Source: Dehalococcoidia bacterium (GTDB lineage: Bacteria; Chloroflexota; Dehalococcoidia; Lucifugimonadales; UBA6952). Taken from it: 64,000 nucleotides of DNA. How positions within the stretch are numbered: the first letter of the stretch is position 1; each line of letters starts with the position of its first letter. Positions 20,559 through 30,900 of the stretch are shown here, one piece after another. The stretch lies in NCBI GenBank assembly GCA_022450525.1, contig JAKUQA010000007.1:1361-65360 (forward strand), read 5' to 3'. The notes below the pieces were generated by a model that saw only the letters and a list, made by a program, of their open reading frames with translations, did no database searches and had not been told where the DNA came from. The translations under genes were made by a program, and so were the position numbers.

Positions 20559-21170
20559 CTAATTAAAATCTTTAATAGGTGCAAAAGTTTTTCGGTGGAT
20601 TTTAGTAACTCCATTTTGTATTAGTTCACTTGCGTGTGATTTTGTATAGTAACCTTTATGACTTTTAAAGCTATAATTAGGAAAATATTTATCGTATTTT
20701 TCCATCATTCTATCTCTTGCAACCTTTGCAATTATGGACGCTGCAGCGATAGATATTGATATATTGTCTCCTTTGATTAACGAATTCTGATCTATATTAA
20801 TTTCCGGTATTTCTAAACTGTCGATTAGTAAATATTCTGGTTTTGGGGTCAGATGATTTATTGCTCTGATCATAGAAAGTTTTGTTGCAGGAACTATTCC
20901 AATATTATCAATTTCTTTTGCTGAAGAAATACCAATTCCATAGGTTAAAGAAAATCTTTTTATTAATATACTCAGTGAAGTACGTTTTTTTGAGGTTAGT
21001 TTTTTACTATCATTAATTTCTTCATAAAATTCGTAGTGTTTGTTTAAATCAAATATGACAGCTCCTGAAACCACTGGTCCTGCAATTGTTCCTCTACCAA
21101 CTTCATCTAACCCTGCTACGTACGTGTGATTTTGCTGAAATGCCTCTAATTCAAAATCTAAGGATGGCAT
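20559..21170 (-). CDS. rnhB: Ribonuclease HII
   Basis: 203 aa. GLDEVGRGTIAGPVV and AASIIAKVARD. Confidence 0.9.
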   Translation of the reverse strand: MPSLDFELEAFQQNHTYVAGLDEVGRGTIAGPVVSGAVIFDLNKHYEFYEEINDSKKLTSKKRTSLSILIKRFSLTYGIGISSAKEIDNIGIVPATKLSMIRAINHLTPKPEYLLIDSLEIPEINIDQNSLIKGDNISISIAAASIIAKVARDRMMEKYDKYFPNYSFKSHKGYYTKSHASELIQNGVTKIHRKTFAPIKDFN

Positions 21171-21175
21171 GCAGA

Positions 21176-22318
21176 TTAACTTTGTTGTTTTACTGTAGAA
21201 AGTTGATCAGAATCTGATTTGATTGATTTAGTAATTATACCACCACCGATAAGCTCTTGATTGGTGTATACTGCACAAATTTGACCTGGAGAAATTGCTC
21301 CTTGTAAATCGTCAAAAATTATTTTTGCACCAGTTTCGGTAGGTGTAATTGTCGCATTCACTTGAGGTGCCTTATATCGAACTTTTACTGTTACTTTTGT
21401 TGGTTTAACTATAGGAGTTCGTACAAAATTAACATTAGTAATTTCTAGACCTTTATTCAATAGTTGATGTTTTGGACCTACAGTAACTACACCATTCTCA
21501 GAATCGATACTGTTTACGTAAAGGGGGTTTGTAGATGGAGTAGAAGAAGAAATTCCTAAGCCTTTTCTTTGACCAACAGTAAAATTGTGAATTCCTTCGT
21601 GAGAACCAATTAAATTCCCGTCCTCATCATTTATTATACCGGGCTTTGTTGTAATTTTATCTGCAATAAAATCTCGGTAGTTTCCTGACGGTATAAAACA
21701 AATTTCCTGACTATCTGGTTTGTTTGCTACTGGTAATTTATAATCTGTAGCAATTTTTCTAATTTCTGGCTTTAAATATCCACCAATTGGTAAAAGTAAG
21801 TTTTTTAATTGATTTTGTTTCAATGTATGTAATACATATGATTGATCTTTACTCTCATCAACACCTTTTAACAAGGCATATTCGTTATCAATTATACCAA
21901 TCTGTGCATAATGTCCGGTAGCAATATAATCAGCTTCATAAGCTATGGCTTTTTGCATTAGAAAATTAAATTTAACTTTGTCATTGCAAGCTACACAAGG
22001 GTGAGGTGTTTTCCCTTTTTCATATTCTTTAACAAAATAACCAATTACAAATTGCTGAAATTCCTTTTCAAAATTGAGAAGGTAGTGAGGAATATCTAGT
22101 ATAGAACATACTTCACGGGCATCTTCCACATCTTCTAATGTGCAACAACCATGGTTTTGTTTTGTCAGAGAATCATCACCAGTTGTAGGAAATAACCGCA
22201 TGGTAATTCCTATAACTTCATATCCTTGCTCTTTAAGAATTACAGCAGCTACTGAGGAGTCAACACCTCCACTCATTGCAACTATAACTCTTTGCTTTTT
22301 ATCAGAATTTATCATCAA
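21176..22318 (-). CDS. mnmA: tRNA-specific 2-thiouridylase
   Basis: 380 aa. PP-loop VAMSGGVDSSVAA, and ATGHYA. Confidence 0.92.
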   Translation of the reverse strand: MMINSDKKQRVIVAMSGGVDSSVAAVILKEQGYEVIGITMRLFPTTGDDSLTKQNHGCCTLEDVEDAREVCSILDIPHYLLNFEKEFQQFVIGYFVKEYEKGKTPHPCVACNDKVKFNFLMQKAIAYEADYIATGHYAQIGIIDNEYALLKGVDESKDQSYVLHTLKQNQLKNLLLPIGGYLKPEIRKIATDYKLPVANKPDSQEICFIPSGNYRDFIADKITTKPGIINDEDGNLIGSHEGIHNFTVGQRKGLGISSSTPSTNPLYVNSIDSENGVVTVGPKHQLLNKGLEITNVNFVRTPIVKPTKVTVKVRYKAPQVNATITPTETGAKIIFDDLQGAISPGQICAVYTNQELIGGGIITKSIKSDSDQLSTVKQQS

Positions 22319-22422
22319 TTCAGATTAACATAGTCAGAACACACTATCAATATTATGCATGTATACTACTATACATATAGGTGTATACTAATTACGGCTA
22401 CGAATAAAACAATATACATTAA

Positions 22423-22791
22423 ATGAGCAAACAATCAGACGAAAACATTTTGAAAATAGCTAAAAAAGCAGTAGATGTTGCTTCAGATAAACAGGCTACG
22501 GATATATTACTTATTGATATTAAGGCAGTAGGAACATTTGCAGATTTTTTTGTTTTTGTTACTGTTGATAATTCACGTTTAATGAATGCCTTAATCGACG
22601 ATTTAAAGGTGTCGATAAAGCAAGAAGGTGCTGAACTATTTCATATTGAAGGAGAAATTGATTCAGGATGGGTATTAATGGATTTTGGTAATACTATAGT
22701 TCATTTGTTTTCACCAGATACCAGAAAATATTATGATCTTGATTCTTTGTGGCTTAAACCTCCAGCAAAACAAATCATTAAGATTCAATAA
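22423..22791 (+). CDS. rsfS: Ribosome silencing factor
   Basis: 122 aa. RsfS/iojap pattern (DILLIDIKAVGTFADFFVFVT, WVLMDFGNTIVHLF). Confidence 0.85.
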   Translation: MSKQSDENILKIAKKAVDVASDKQATDILLIDIKAVGTFADFFVFVTVDNSRLMNALIDDLKVSIKQEGAELFHIEGEIDSGWVLMDFGNTIVHLFSPDTRKYYDLDSLWLKPPAKQIIKIQ

Positions 22792-23230
22792 CCCATGAAG
22801 ATATATCTTTGTACTCTTCAAGCAGTTCTGATTTATCAAAAAATATTCCGAGTTCAGTTTGAGCAGATTCTACTGAATCAGACCCGTGAATAAGGTTTCT
22901 ACCTATATCAATACCAAAATCACCTCGTATTGTCCCTAGATTAGCTTCAACCGGATTTGTTGATCCCATTGTATTTCTTACTACTGCAACGCAATCTTTA
23001 CCTTGCAAAGCAATTGCAACAATTGGTCCTGAGGTTATAAATTCCACCAAAGGCCTGAAAAAAGGTTTATCTTCATGTGCAGAATAATGTTTTGAAGCTA
23101 ATGCATTGTCCATTTGCAGAAGTTTTAGTCCAATTATTGTTAATCCTCTTTGTTCTAAACGAGAAATTATTGGCCCTACTAGACTCCTTTGCAAAGTATC
23201 TGGTTTTAATAATACTAATGTTTTTTCCAT
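22778..23230 (-). CDS. ndk: Nucleoside diphosphate kinase
   Basis: 150 aa. TLVLLKPD and NLIHGSDS (active-site His). Confidence 0.93.
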   Translation of the reverse strand: MEKTLVLLKPDTLQRSLVGPIISRLEQRGLTIIGLKLLQMDNALASKHYSAHEDKPFFRPLVEFITSGPIVAIALQGKDCVAVVRNTMGSTNPVEANLGTIRGDFGIDIGRNLIHGSDSVESAQTELGIFFDKSELLEEYKDISSWVIES

Positions 23231-23242
23231 TTTGTTTCTCCT

Positions 23243-23941
23243 TTATTTTTTGGGTTTTGTTATAGTAGGGGGTTTTAAATAAAATGGTTCTATAACTGTT
23301 GCGTCGGCTATTTCGTTATTATTTAATTTATTTAACCCAATTGTAGCTAAGTTAATTATTCTTTCTGTAGAGGAACTATCAATTACCTTATATTTATTAT
23401 TAATTGATGATGATATAACACCATCGATTGATTCACCGCATATAATAACATCCTTATCATTAAATTTAGATTGATCAATTATTGATTCAATATTGTTAGA
23501 AAATGTATCAATATTGTCTATGTGAGTCTCATACAGTTCATGCATAGTATCGTGATGAAAATTATACATAGACCAGGCAATTTGCAATTTATTAAGTATG
23601 ATTACTGGGCATATTATGCTTTTACTTACACGATGATTATAAGCTTCGATTTCTAAACTTGTAGAGGAGACTAAAGGAAGATTATAAGACCATGAAATTG
23701 TTTTAGCAGTAGTTAACCCAACTCGTAATCCACTGAATTGGCCAGGCCCAATATTAATCGAAATCCCTTGAAGATCCTCGAATGTTAATTTAGAGTTGGA
23801 TAAGATCTTATGGATATTAGGTAGTAAGTCTGGGGTATGATTGTATGTTGTATTCCATTCAATTAATTCGACAATTGTAGTTTCTTTGTCGATTAAGGCT
23901 ATGCCTGAATTTTTATTTGAAGTATCTATTGCTAATAACAT
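23243..23941 (-). CDS. tsaB: tRNA t6A37 threonylcarbamoyltransferase complex dimerisation subunit
   Basis: 232 aa. MLLAIDTSN...GPGQFSGLRVGLTTAK. Confidence 0.8.
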   Translation of the reverse strand: MLLAIDTSNKNSGIALIDKETTIVELIEWNTTYNHTPDLLPNIHKILSNSKLTFEDLQGISINIGPGQFSGLRVGLTTAKTISWSYNLPLVSSTSLEIEAYNHRVSKSIICPVIILNKLQIAWSMYNFHHDTMHELYETHIDNIDTFSNNIESIIDQSKFNDKDVIICGESIDGVISSSINNKYKVIDSSSTERIINLATIGLNKLNNNEIADATVIEPFYLKPPTITKPKK

Positions 23942-24426
23942 TAATTTTTTATAATTGCATTTACTGCAGATTGTATATTCTTTAAAATTTTATCATGAAT
24001 GGTGCCTTTAGATAAAAATTTAAACACCCTTGAGACATCATCGACTATTTCTATATCTATAATAATATATGCTTGTGGCAACATGTCTATAAATTTATCA
24101 GGCCATTCTATAATACAAAGTGTATCTTCTCTAATTAGTTCAAGTATTCCGATATCATAAAAATCGATTTCATCTTCAATACGATAAAGATCAACGTGGT
24201 ATATAAGAAGTTCTGATCGATATTCATGAGCTATTACAAACGTGGGACTTTTCACTTTTATAGAAGAATCAATCTCTTTAACGATTGACTGAGTAAGGGT
24301 AGTTTTGCCTGTACCCAAGTCACCTTTCAAAAGTAGTAAAGAATCTTTTGTTACAAATTGAGCTATTGCTTGGCCTAGTAATTGTGTTTGTTTCTCTGAT
24401 GTGGAAATATAGCTAAAATTACTCAT
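23941..24426 (-). CDS. tsaE: tRNA t6A37 threonylcarbamoyltransferase complex ATPase subunit
   Basis: 161 aa. Walker A GDLGTGKTT, SPTF, HVDLYR. Confidence 0.85.
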   Translation of the reverse strand: MSNFSYISTSEKQTQLLGQAIAQFVTKDSLLLLKGDLGTGKTTLTQSIVKEIDSSIKVKSPTFVIAHEYRSELLIYHVDLYRIEDEIDFYDIGILELIREDTLCIIEWPDKFIDMLPQAYIIIDIEIVDDVSRVFKFLSKGTIHDKILKNIQSAVNAIIKN

Positions 24427-25433
24427 TATTTAAAGTGATCCCATCCATTATATTGATTTACTTTGTACGCTTTACCATCTTTTATCAATTCTATGACTCC
24501 TGATTCACCAGAACAAGCTTTTCCAATAATATGAGAATCAGGTAATAAGGATTTTACTTTGTCAATTTTATCAGATGAAATGCCAAATAAAATCTCATAG
24601 TCTTCTCCTCCATTAGTTACCATTTCAAAATCTAAATTAGGAAAGACTTTAGAAATCTCTGGATGAATAGGAATACAAGAGGAATTAATAGTGGCACTAA
24701 TTTGGCTAGCAATAAGCATTTTATTAAGATCACTAAATAAGCCATCACTTATATCCATGGCACATGTAGAACCCAATTCTTTTAATATTTTACCTTCATT
24801 TATTTTAGGTTGTGGCCTGAAATGAGCATTGTAAAACAGTTGCGTATTATATTCTGTTAGATTTGGCAATTCATCTTGTGATTTGGATAACTCCAATCCT
24901 GCTTTTGACAATCCAGTCAATCCAGTTATTCCAATCAAATCTTCATCTTTAAGTAAGGAGCGTTGCAGAGTAGGATTTTGGCAAATACCGTACATGGCAA
25001 CCGTTATAAAAAGCATTGGGGATTTTACAATATCTCCGCCAACAATTTTGGTATTATAAGTTGATGCGCATTCTATTATACCTTGATAAAGAGATTTTAA
25101 GTCCTGTAATTCCATTTCTCCAGGCAATCCTAAAGTTATTAAAGCCGTTGTGGGAGTACCACCCATAGATGCTATATCGCTTAGATTTGTTGCAACAGAT
25201 TTCCATCCAATGTCCATTAAATTAGATTTGCCAATTTCAAAATGAACGTTATCAACCATTGTGTCGGTAGTTGCTAATTGTAAACCTGATTGGGTTTGCC
25301 AAGCTGCAGTATCATCACCTACATCAATTTCTACACCTATAGTTTCACTAAGATAATTTTGTACTGCATCATTAGAAAGAGTATTAGAGATGTATTCAAT
25401 AATATTAAATTCACCAAAATTGTTTATTTTCAT
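24426..25433 (-). CDS. thiL: Thiamine-monophosphate kinase
   Basis: 335 aa. AIR-synthase-like fold motifs (GDDTAAW, TTDTMVDNVHF, DISDG). Confidence 0.85.
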   Translation of the reverse strand: MKINNFGEFNIIEYISNTLSNDAVQNYLSETIGVEIDVGDDTAAWQTQSGLQLATTDTMVDNVHFEIGKSNLMDIGWKSVATNLSDIASMGGTPTTALITLGLPGEMELQDLKSLYQGIIECASTYNTKIVGGDIVKSPMLFITVAMYGICQNPTLQRSLLKDEDLIGITGLTGLSKAGLELSKSQDELPNLTEYNTQLFYNAHFRPQPKINEGKILKELGSTCAMDISDGLFSDLNKMLIASQISATINSSCIPIHPEISKVFPNLDFEMVTNGGEDYEILFGISSDKIDKVKSLLPDSHIIGKACSGESGVIELIKDGKAYKVNQYNGWDHFK

Positions 25434-25548
25434 AATTATTTAAATGATTTATTATGTGTTAAAGGTTGTATTACCTTAGTTTTTTAGGTTTTTGCTATAT
25501 ATTCCCATAATAGCATGATAAGAATTAAAAATTATAGTAGGAAAAATA

Positions 25549-25577
25549 TTGACAGCATCTAATAGCAATGTTAAATT
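25549..25577 (+). promoter_or_regulatory. Candidate promoter of the tRNA-Lys/tRNA-Leu cluster
   Basis: TTGACA (25549..25554), a 17-nt spacer, then TAAATT (25572..25577). It lies about 17 nt upstream of tRNA-Lys. Confidence 0.45.
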
Positions 25578-25593
25578 CCGTGCAGGGTTCCGA

Positions 25594-25667
<74 letters not shown>

Positions 25668-25707
25668 TTTTCGTGGAGAACCTTTTTTGATGATCCATTA
25701 TATATGG

Positions 25708-25789
25708 GGGGAAGTGTCGGAATTGGTAGACGAGCATGACTTAGGATCATGTGCCGTGAGGCGTAGGAGTTCGAGTCTCCTCTTCCCCA
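25708..25789 (+). tRNA. tRNA-Leu (anticodon TAG), class II with long variable arm
   Basis: Acceptor GGGGAAG/CTTCCCC, anticodon stem CATGA/TCATG with loop CTTAGGA, a long variable arm TGCCGTGAGGCGT, and T-arm AGGAG-TTCGAGT-CTCCT. Confidence 0.9.
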
Positions 25790-25834
25790 CGAGCAACAAA
25801 TATAAAAAAGTTTAGTAGATATTTGGAGGATAAA

Positions 25835-26806
25835 GTGGCAGCACTTCTAGAAGTAAAAAATCTAAGAACACATTTTTATACTATTGAAGGTGAAGTTAAG
25901 GCTGTGGACGGTGTTTCATACGATCTACAACCTGGAGAAATTCTCGGCTTAGTTGGTGAAAGTGGTTGTGGTAAAAGCGTGAGTGCAATGTCAGTTATGC
26001 GTTTAATTCCATGGCCTCCAGGAAAAATTCTTGACGGTGAGGTTCTATTTGATGGAGTCGATCTTTTACAACTAGAAGAAGAAGAAATGCGCAAGATTCG
26101 AGGAAAAGAAATTGGTATGGTGTTTCAAGAACCTATGACTTCACTAAACCCAGTTTTAACTATAGGAAAACAGTTGACTGAAACTATGGAACTTCATTTA
26201 GGTTTAACTCCAGAAGAAGCTACTAATAGAGCTATTGAACTCTTAGAAATGGTAGGAATTCCAGATGCAGGTAGCCGCTTACCTCAATACCCTCATCAAT
26301 TTAGTGGTGGTATGAGGCAAAGAGTTATGATTGCTATGGCAATGAGCTGCAATCCGCGATTGATTATAGCTGATGAACCTACAACGGCTTTGGATGTGAC
26401 AATTCAAGCTCAAATATTAGATTTGATGCAAGATCTTTGTAGACAAAATGGTGTTGCATTAATTGTTATTACTCATAATTTGGGTGTTGTTGCGAGATAT
26501 GCAGATAGAGTTAATGTTATGTATGCTGGAAATGTCGTAGAACGAGGAAGTGCTCAAGAAATTTATCATAACCCACAACATCCATACACTAAAGGACTTT
26601 TGAATTCTGTTCCTCGTTTAGACGATACAGTTAAGAAGAAATTAGATCCTATTCAAGGATTGCCACCAAGTTTGAGTAAGCCTTGCTTGTGCCAATTTTG
26701 TGGAGAGCCTCAACCTACCTTAGTTGAAGTGTCGAAAGACCATCTTGCAGCAAGATGTAATGCGGATCCAAATTGTGTTGGTTGGTTCCCAAGAGATTTA
26801 GGATAA
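25835..26806 (+). CDS. Oligopeptide/dipeptide ABC transporter ATP-binding protein (OppD/DppD-like)
   Basis: Walker A GESGCGKS, signature FSGGMRQR, Walker B LIIADEPT, and the Opp-type C-terminal extension (HPYTKGLL). The track starts at TTG 25823. GTG 25835 is preferred because GGAGG (25825..25829) sits 5 nt upstream of it. Confidence 0.85.
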   Translation: MAALLEVKNLRTHFYTIEGEVKAVDGVSYDLQPGEILGLVGESGCGKSVSAMSVMRLIPWPPGKILDGEVLFDGVDLLQLEEEEMRKIRGKEIGMVFQEPMTSLNPVLTIGKQLTETMELHLGLTPEEATNRAIELLEMVGIPDAGSRLPQYPHQFSGGMRQRVMIAMAMSCNPRLIIADEPTTALDVTIQAQILDLMQDLCRQNGVALIVITHNLGVVARYADRVNVMYAGNVVERGSAQEIYHNPQHPYTKGLLNSVPRLDDTVKKKLDPIQGLPPSLSKPCLCQFCGEPQPTLVEVSKDHLAARCNADPNCVGWFPRDLG

Positions 26807-26856
26807 ATATTGACTATTTAGTTTAAAGTATTATTCTTTAATACTAGGAGAAAAAA

Positions 26857-27849
26857 ATGGTAGCAGAAAAAGAAAATCTAGTTGAAGTAAGTAATTTAAA
26901 AATGTATTTTCCTGTTAAAAAAGGAATTGTCTTTCAAAGGCATGTTGCAGACATTAAGGCTGTGGACGATGTTTCATTTACAATAAAAAAAGGTGAAACT
27001 CTCGGTCTTGTAGGTGAAAGTGGTTGTGGTAAAACTACAACTGGCCGATGCATACTGCAACTTAATACTCCTACAAGTGGATCCGTGAACTTTGATGGTC
27101 ATGAATTGACTGAAATGAAACCAGCAGACCTTAGAGCTTTTCGTAGTAGGATGCAAATGATTTTTCAAGATCCATATAGCTCTCTTGATCCCCGACAAAG
27201 CTGTGGAGGTATAGTTAGTGAGCCTTTGATTGTTCATAACATGGTTAAAAGTAAGAACGAAATAAAAGATCAAATCGAAGAATTGCTTTCAGTTGTAGGA
27301 TTAAACCCTTCTATGGCTGGCAGATTTCCACATGAATTTAGTGGAGGTCAGCGACAAAGAATTGGTGTTGCAAGAGCATTAGCTGTTCGACCTGATTTGA
27401 TAGTTTGTGACGAACCTGTTTCTGCTTTAGATGTGTCTATTCAAGCTCAGGTAATTAACTTATTAGAAGATCTTCAAGAACAATTCGATTTAACTTATTT
27501 GTTTATTGCACATGATTTATCCGTTGTTAGGCACATTAGTGATAGAATTGGTGTTATGTATCTCGGTCATATGGTTGAATTAGCAGATAGACTGGAATTA
27601 TATGACAATCCTCAGCATCCATATACTAAAGCATTACTTTCAGCCGTACCTATTCCAGATCCTGTTGCAGAGGCTACTAGAGAACGAATTGTATTAGAAG
27701 GTGATGTTCCAAGCCCATTAAACCCACCCGAAGGTTGTGTTTTCAAAACTCGTTGTTCAAAGGTAGGTTGTAGTGGTGGTGATGTCACTATGGAGTTAAT
27801 GGAGTCTACCCCAGGCCATTTTGTGGACAGTTGCGTTCACTCCAAGTAA
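26857..27849 (+). CDS. Oligopeptide/dipeptide ABC transporter ATP-binding protein (OppF/DppF-like)
   Basis: [45 protein letters not shown]. Confidence 0.85.
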   Translation: MVAEKENLVEVSNLKMYFPVKKGIVFQRHVADIKAVDDVSFTIKKGETLGLVGESGCGKTTTGRCILQLNTPTSGSVNFDGHELTEMKPADLRAFRSRMQMIFQDPYSSLDPRQSCGGIVSEPLIVHNMVKSKNEIKDQIEELLSVVGLNPSMAGRFPHEFSGGQRQRIGVARALAVRPDLIVCDEPVSALDVSIQAQVINLLEDLQEQFDLTYLFIAHDLSVVRHISDRIGVMYLGHMVELADRLELYDNPQHPYTKALLSAVPIPDPVAEATRERIVLEGDVPSPLNPPEGCVFKTRCSKVGCSGGDVTMELMESTPGHFVDSCVHSK

Positions 27850-27900
27850 TCTATTTGTGGTAATATATGTCTAAATGACATATAAATAGAATAACTCTGT

Positions 27901-29724
27901 ATGGAACAATCCCAAATACGAAATTTTTGTATAATTGCACATGTTGATCACGGAAAGTCGACACTTGCTGATCGGTTTTTGGAGATTACTAATTCAGTTC
28001 CCTCAAGATCTATGATGAATCAATACCTAGATCAAATGGATCTCGAAAGAGAACGAGGAATTACTATTAAAGCTCAAGCTGTTCGACTTAATTATGACTC
28101 TGTTGATAAAAAACCGTATCAATTGAATATTATTGATACCCCAGGGCATGTTGACTTTAGTAATGAGGTTTTTCGTAGTTTACGAGCATGTGATGGAGCA
28201 TTACTTTTAGTTGATGCAAGCCAAGGTATACAAGCACAAACTTTGGCGAATTTTTATTCTGCCTTGGAAGCAGATCTCACTATAATTCCTGTAATAAATA
28301 AAATAGACTTACCTTCTGCCAGAATTGATGAAGTTTCTGAAGAAATTCAACAAACTTTTGGGTTTAAAAGTAATGAAATCCAATTAGTATCAGCTAAAAC
28401 TGGTGAAGGGGTTAAAGAACTTTTAGATGCGGTAGTAGAATTAATTCCTCCACCATTAGGTGACAAAAATAAACCTTTGAGAGCTTTAGTGTTTGATAGT
28501 ACTTTTGATTCTTATAAAGGAGCAATAATATATGTACGTATTGTCGATGGAGAATTGCAAAAGTCGGATTCAACAAGATTTCTCAGTACTAATAAGCATG
28601 CTGATACTTTAGATATAGGGTTTTTCCAACCTACTATGACTCAGGCTAAAGGATTATCTACAGGAGAGGTTGGCTATGTTGCAACTGGATTAAAAAGTAT
28701 CAGAGACGTCACAGTAGGTGATACGTTATCTTTTGTAGATAGTGATGTGGACCCTATACCTGGATACCAAGAATTGAAATCAATGGTATATGCAGGTTTG
28801 TACCCTTCTGATGGTGAAAGTTATCAACAATTAAGAGATGCTCTAGAAAAATTACAATTAAACGATGCTGCTTTTAGTTTTCAGCCAGAATCGAGTGTAG
28901 CTTTGGGATTTGGCTTTCGTTGTGGATTTCTTGGTTTGTTACATATGGATGTTGTTCAAGAACGGTTAGAGCGTGAATATGATTTGGATCTTATAATTAC
29001 ATCGCCAAGTGTATTGTATAAGGTTTTAAAAAATGATGGTGTTGAATTAGAAATCCAAAACCCAAGTCAGTTACCATCTCAAGGCGAAATTATGGAATTA
29101 ATGGAACCTTGGCTAGAAGTAACTGTTGTAACTCCAACTCAGTATATAGGCGCAATAATGGAATTAATTACATCACGAAGAGGAGAATTAAGAAATATAG
29201 AATATATACAAAGTATTTCTTCTACTACAGATGACGATAAAAGTCGTGCTTTGTTATCTTTTTATGTACCGTTGTCTGAAGTTATTCTTGATCTTCATGA
29301 TCAAATTAAATCTAAATCTCAAGGATATGCTTCATTGGATTACAACCAGACACAATATAGGACAGCCAGTTTAAGTAAATTAGAAATATTAGTAAATTAT
29401 GAACCTGTAGATGCCCTTTCCTCTATTGTACATAGAGATAGAGCTACATACCAAGGTAGAAATGTAGTAAAACAACTAACAGAATTAATCCCACGCCAAT
29501 TATTTCCAATACCAATACAAGCATCTGTAAATGGAAGAGTTATAGCAAGAGAAACTGTCAGGGCTTTACGAAAAAATGTATTGGCTAAATGCTATGGTGG
29601 AGATATTACCAGAAAGCGTAAATTGCTACAGAAACAAGCAGAAGGTAAGAAAAGAATGAAAATGATAGGGCATGTAGAAGTCCCTCAAGAAGCATTTATT
29701 GCAATACTGAAAAACGATAATTGA
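27901..29724 (+). CDS. lepA: Elongation factor 4
   Basis: 607 aa. IRNFCIIAHVDHGKSTLADR, DTPGHVDF, and the LepA C-terminal domain (KCYGGDITRKRKLL). Confidence 0.95.
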   Translation: MEQSQIRNFCIIAHVDHGKSTLADRFLEITNSVPSRSMMNQYLDQMDLERERGITIKAQAVRLNYDSVDKKPYQLNIIDTPGHVDFSNEVFRSLRACDGALLLVDASQGIQAQTLANFYSALEADLTIIPVINKIDLPSARIDEVSEEIQQTFGFKSNEIQLVSAKTGEGVKELLDAVVELIPPPLGDKNKPLRALVFDSTFDSYKGAIIYVRIVDGELQKSDSTRFLSTNKHADTLDIGFFQPTMTQAKGLSTGEVGYVATGLKSIRDVTVGDTLSFVDSDVDPIPGYQELKSMVYAGLYPSDGESYQQLRDALEKLQLNDAAFSFQPESSVALGFGFRCGFLGLLHMDVVQERLEREYDLDLIITSPSVLYKVLKNDGVELEIQNPSQLPSQGEIMELMEPWLEVTVVTPTQYIGAIMELITSRRGELRNIEYIQSISSTTDDDKSRALLSFYVPLSEVILDLHDQIKSKSQGYASLDYNQTQYRTASLSKLEILVNYEPVDALSSIVHRDRATYQGRNVVKQLTELIPRQLFPIPIQASVNGRVIARETVRALRKNVLAKCYGGDITRKRKLLQKQAEGKKRMKMIGHVEVPQEAFIAILKNDN

Positions 29725-30597
29725 TCATATCAATTTTGATAATTTATATGTTGCTTCAGATAACCCTTTAGGTGTCCCACAATCATATCTAGTTGAAAAA
29801 ATTTTATACCCATAAGTCGTAATGTTATTGTTAATCATCTCATTAAGTGAATCAGTTAACTGTATTTCTCCTAATGCACCAGGCTTAGTGTTTTTTATAG
29901 CGTCAAATATTTCTGGATTAACAATATATCTTCCTATTACTCCGTAATCAGAAGGTGCTTTTTCGAGTTGAGGTTTTTCAACAATTTTGTTTATTTTTAC
30001 AATTTCATCGATAGCGTTAATATCTTCATCTGTGGATATGATGCCATAAGATGAAATCTCTGATTTATTTAAATGTTTTATAGTAAAATAGTTTGCATTG
30101 TTATCATTGAAACTTTTTATCATTCTTGAAAGTTCTGATTCTTTCTTTGATATCAATAAATCGTCAGGTAGGATAATAGCAAAAGGATTCTTAGATACTA
30201 TATCCTCTGCACACAAAATCGCATGTCCAAGCCCTAAAGGTTTATCTTGATTTATAAAGTAAAAGTTAAGATTCGATTTAAAATCTTCAATTTCGTTGAT
30301 CGTTTCTTCTGAACAGTATTTATATAATTTTTCTAAATAACTTTGTCCAAATGAAAAATAATCTTTTAGCATTTTTTTTCGTTCAGAAATTATTATAACA
30401 ATATTCTTTATTCCAGCATTACAAGCTTCTTTGACGATATAATGAATGCAAGGTTTATCTGCAACTGGTAATAGCTCTTTAGGAATGAATTCTGTGATCG
30501 GGTAAAATCGTGTACCCAAACCAGCTGCTGGTATTACTGCGGTATCTATCAAGTTTTTGTCCCATCGTTCGTCAATAGTAAGAATTTTTGATTTCAA
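29725..30597 (-). CDS. galU: UTP--glucose-1-phosphate uridylyltransferase
   Basis: 290 aa. AVIPAAGLGTRFYPITEFIPKELLPV and VEKP. Confidence 0.88.
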   Translation of the reverse strand: MKSKILTIDERWDKNLIDTAVIPAAGLGTRFYPITEFIPKELLPVADKPCIHYIVKEACNAGIKNIVIIISERKKMLKDYFSFGQSYLEKLYKYCSEETINEIEDFKSNLNFYFINQDKPLGLGHAILCAEDIVSKNPFAIILPDDLLISKKESELSRMIKSFNDNNANYFTIKHLNKSEISSYGIISTDEDINAIDEIVKINKIVEKPQLEKAPSDYGVIGRYIVNPEIFDAIKNTKPGALGEIQLTDSLNEMINNNITTYGYKIFSTRYDCGTPKGLSEATYKLSKLI

Positions 30598-30630
30598 CTT
30601 TATCAGATTCTTACTTAGTGGTAAACTTAC

Positions 30631-30900
30631 ATAGTCGTGCTAGATGGGGAGTTAGCGGTGCCCTGTACCCGCAATCCGCTACAGCGGGATTGATTACTTC
30701 CTGAGGCATTAATGAATATATCCAATGTTAGTTATTTGATGTTGATGTTCTGACTCTGAGCGGCAAGATTATATGAATTCCGTCAGGTCTGGAAGGAAGC
30801 AGCGGTAAATATGAAATTGGGTGCCTTAGATTAATCGGAGTAGAGTTGGATAATTAATACGTTATATAAATGATTGTCGAAGGAAGTTGCACGGCTTTAT
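30631..30900 (+). ncRNA. ffs: Signal recognition particle RNA, large Bacillus-type (with Alu domain)
   Basis: GTCGTGCTAGATGGGGAGTTAGCGGTGCCCTGTACCCGCAATCCGCT closely parallels the 5' Alu domain of B. subtilis scRNA. The domain IV core GTCAGGTCTGGAAGGAAGCAGCGG lies at about 30782..30805. The 3' end ..GAAGGAAGTTGCACGG pairs back to 5' TCGTGC. The ends are approximate (+/-5 nt). Confidence 0.85.

Noticed and set aside
22359-22376. Short AT-rich inverted repeats in intergenic regions (ATGTATA-CTAC-TATACAT at 22359..22376; ATAGAA-ATA-TTCTAT at 35805..35819; ACCATTA-N8-TAATGGT near 55019..55040)
   Set aside because: Arms of 6-7 bp in very AT-rich spacers are expected by chance. With no flanking evidence they are not reported as operators.
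30600-30900. The structured galU-rsmA spacer was first considered a riboswitch (for example cobalamin) for rsmA
   Set aside because: No B12 box is present. The sequence instead matches the Alu domain and domain IV of a large SRP RNA.
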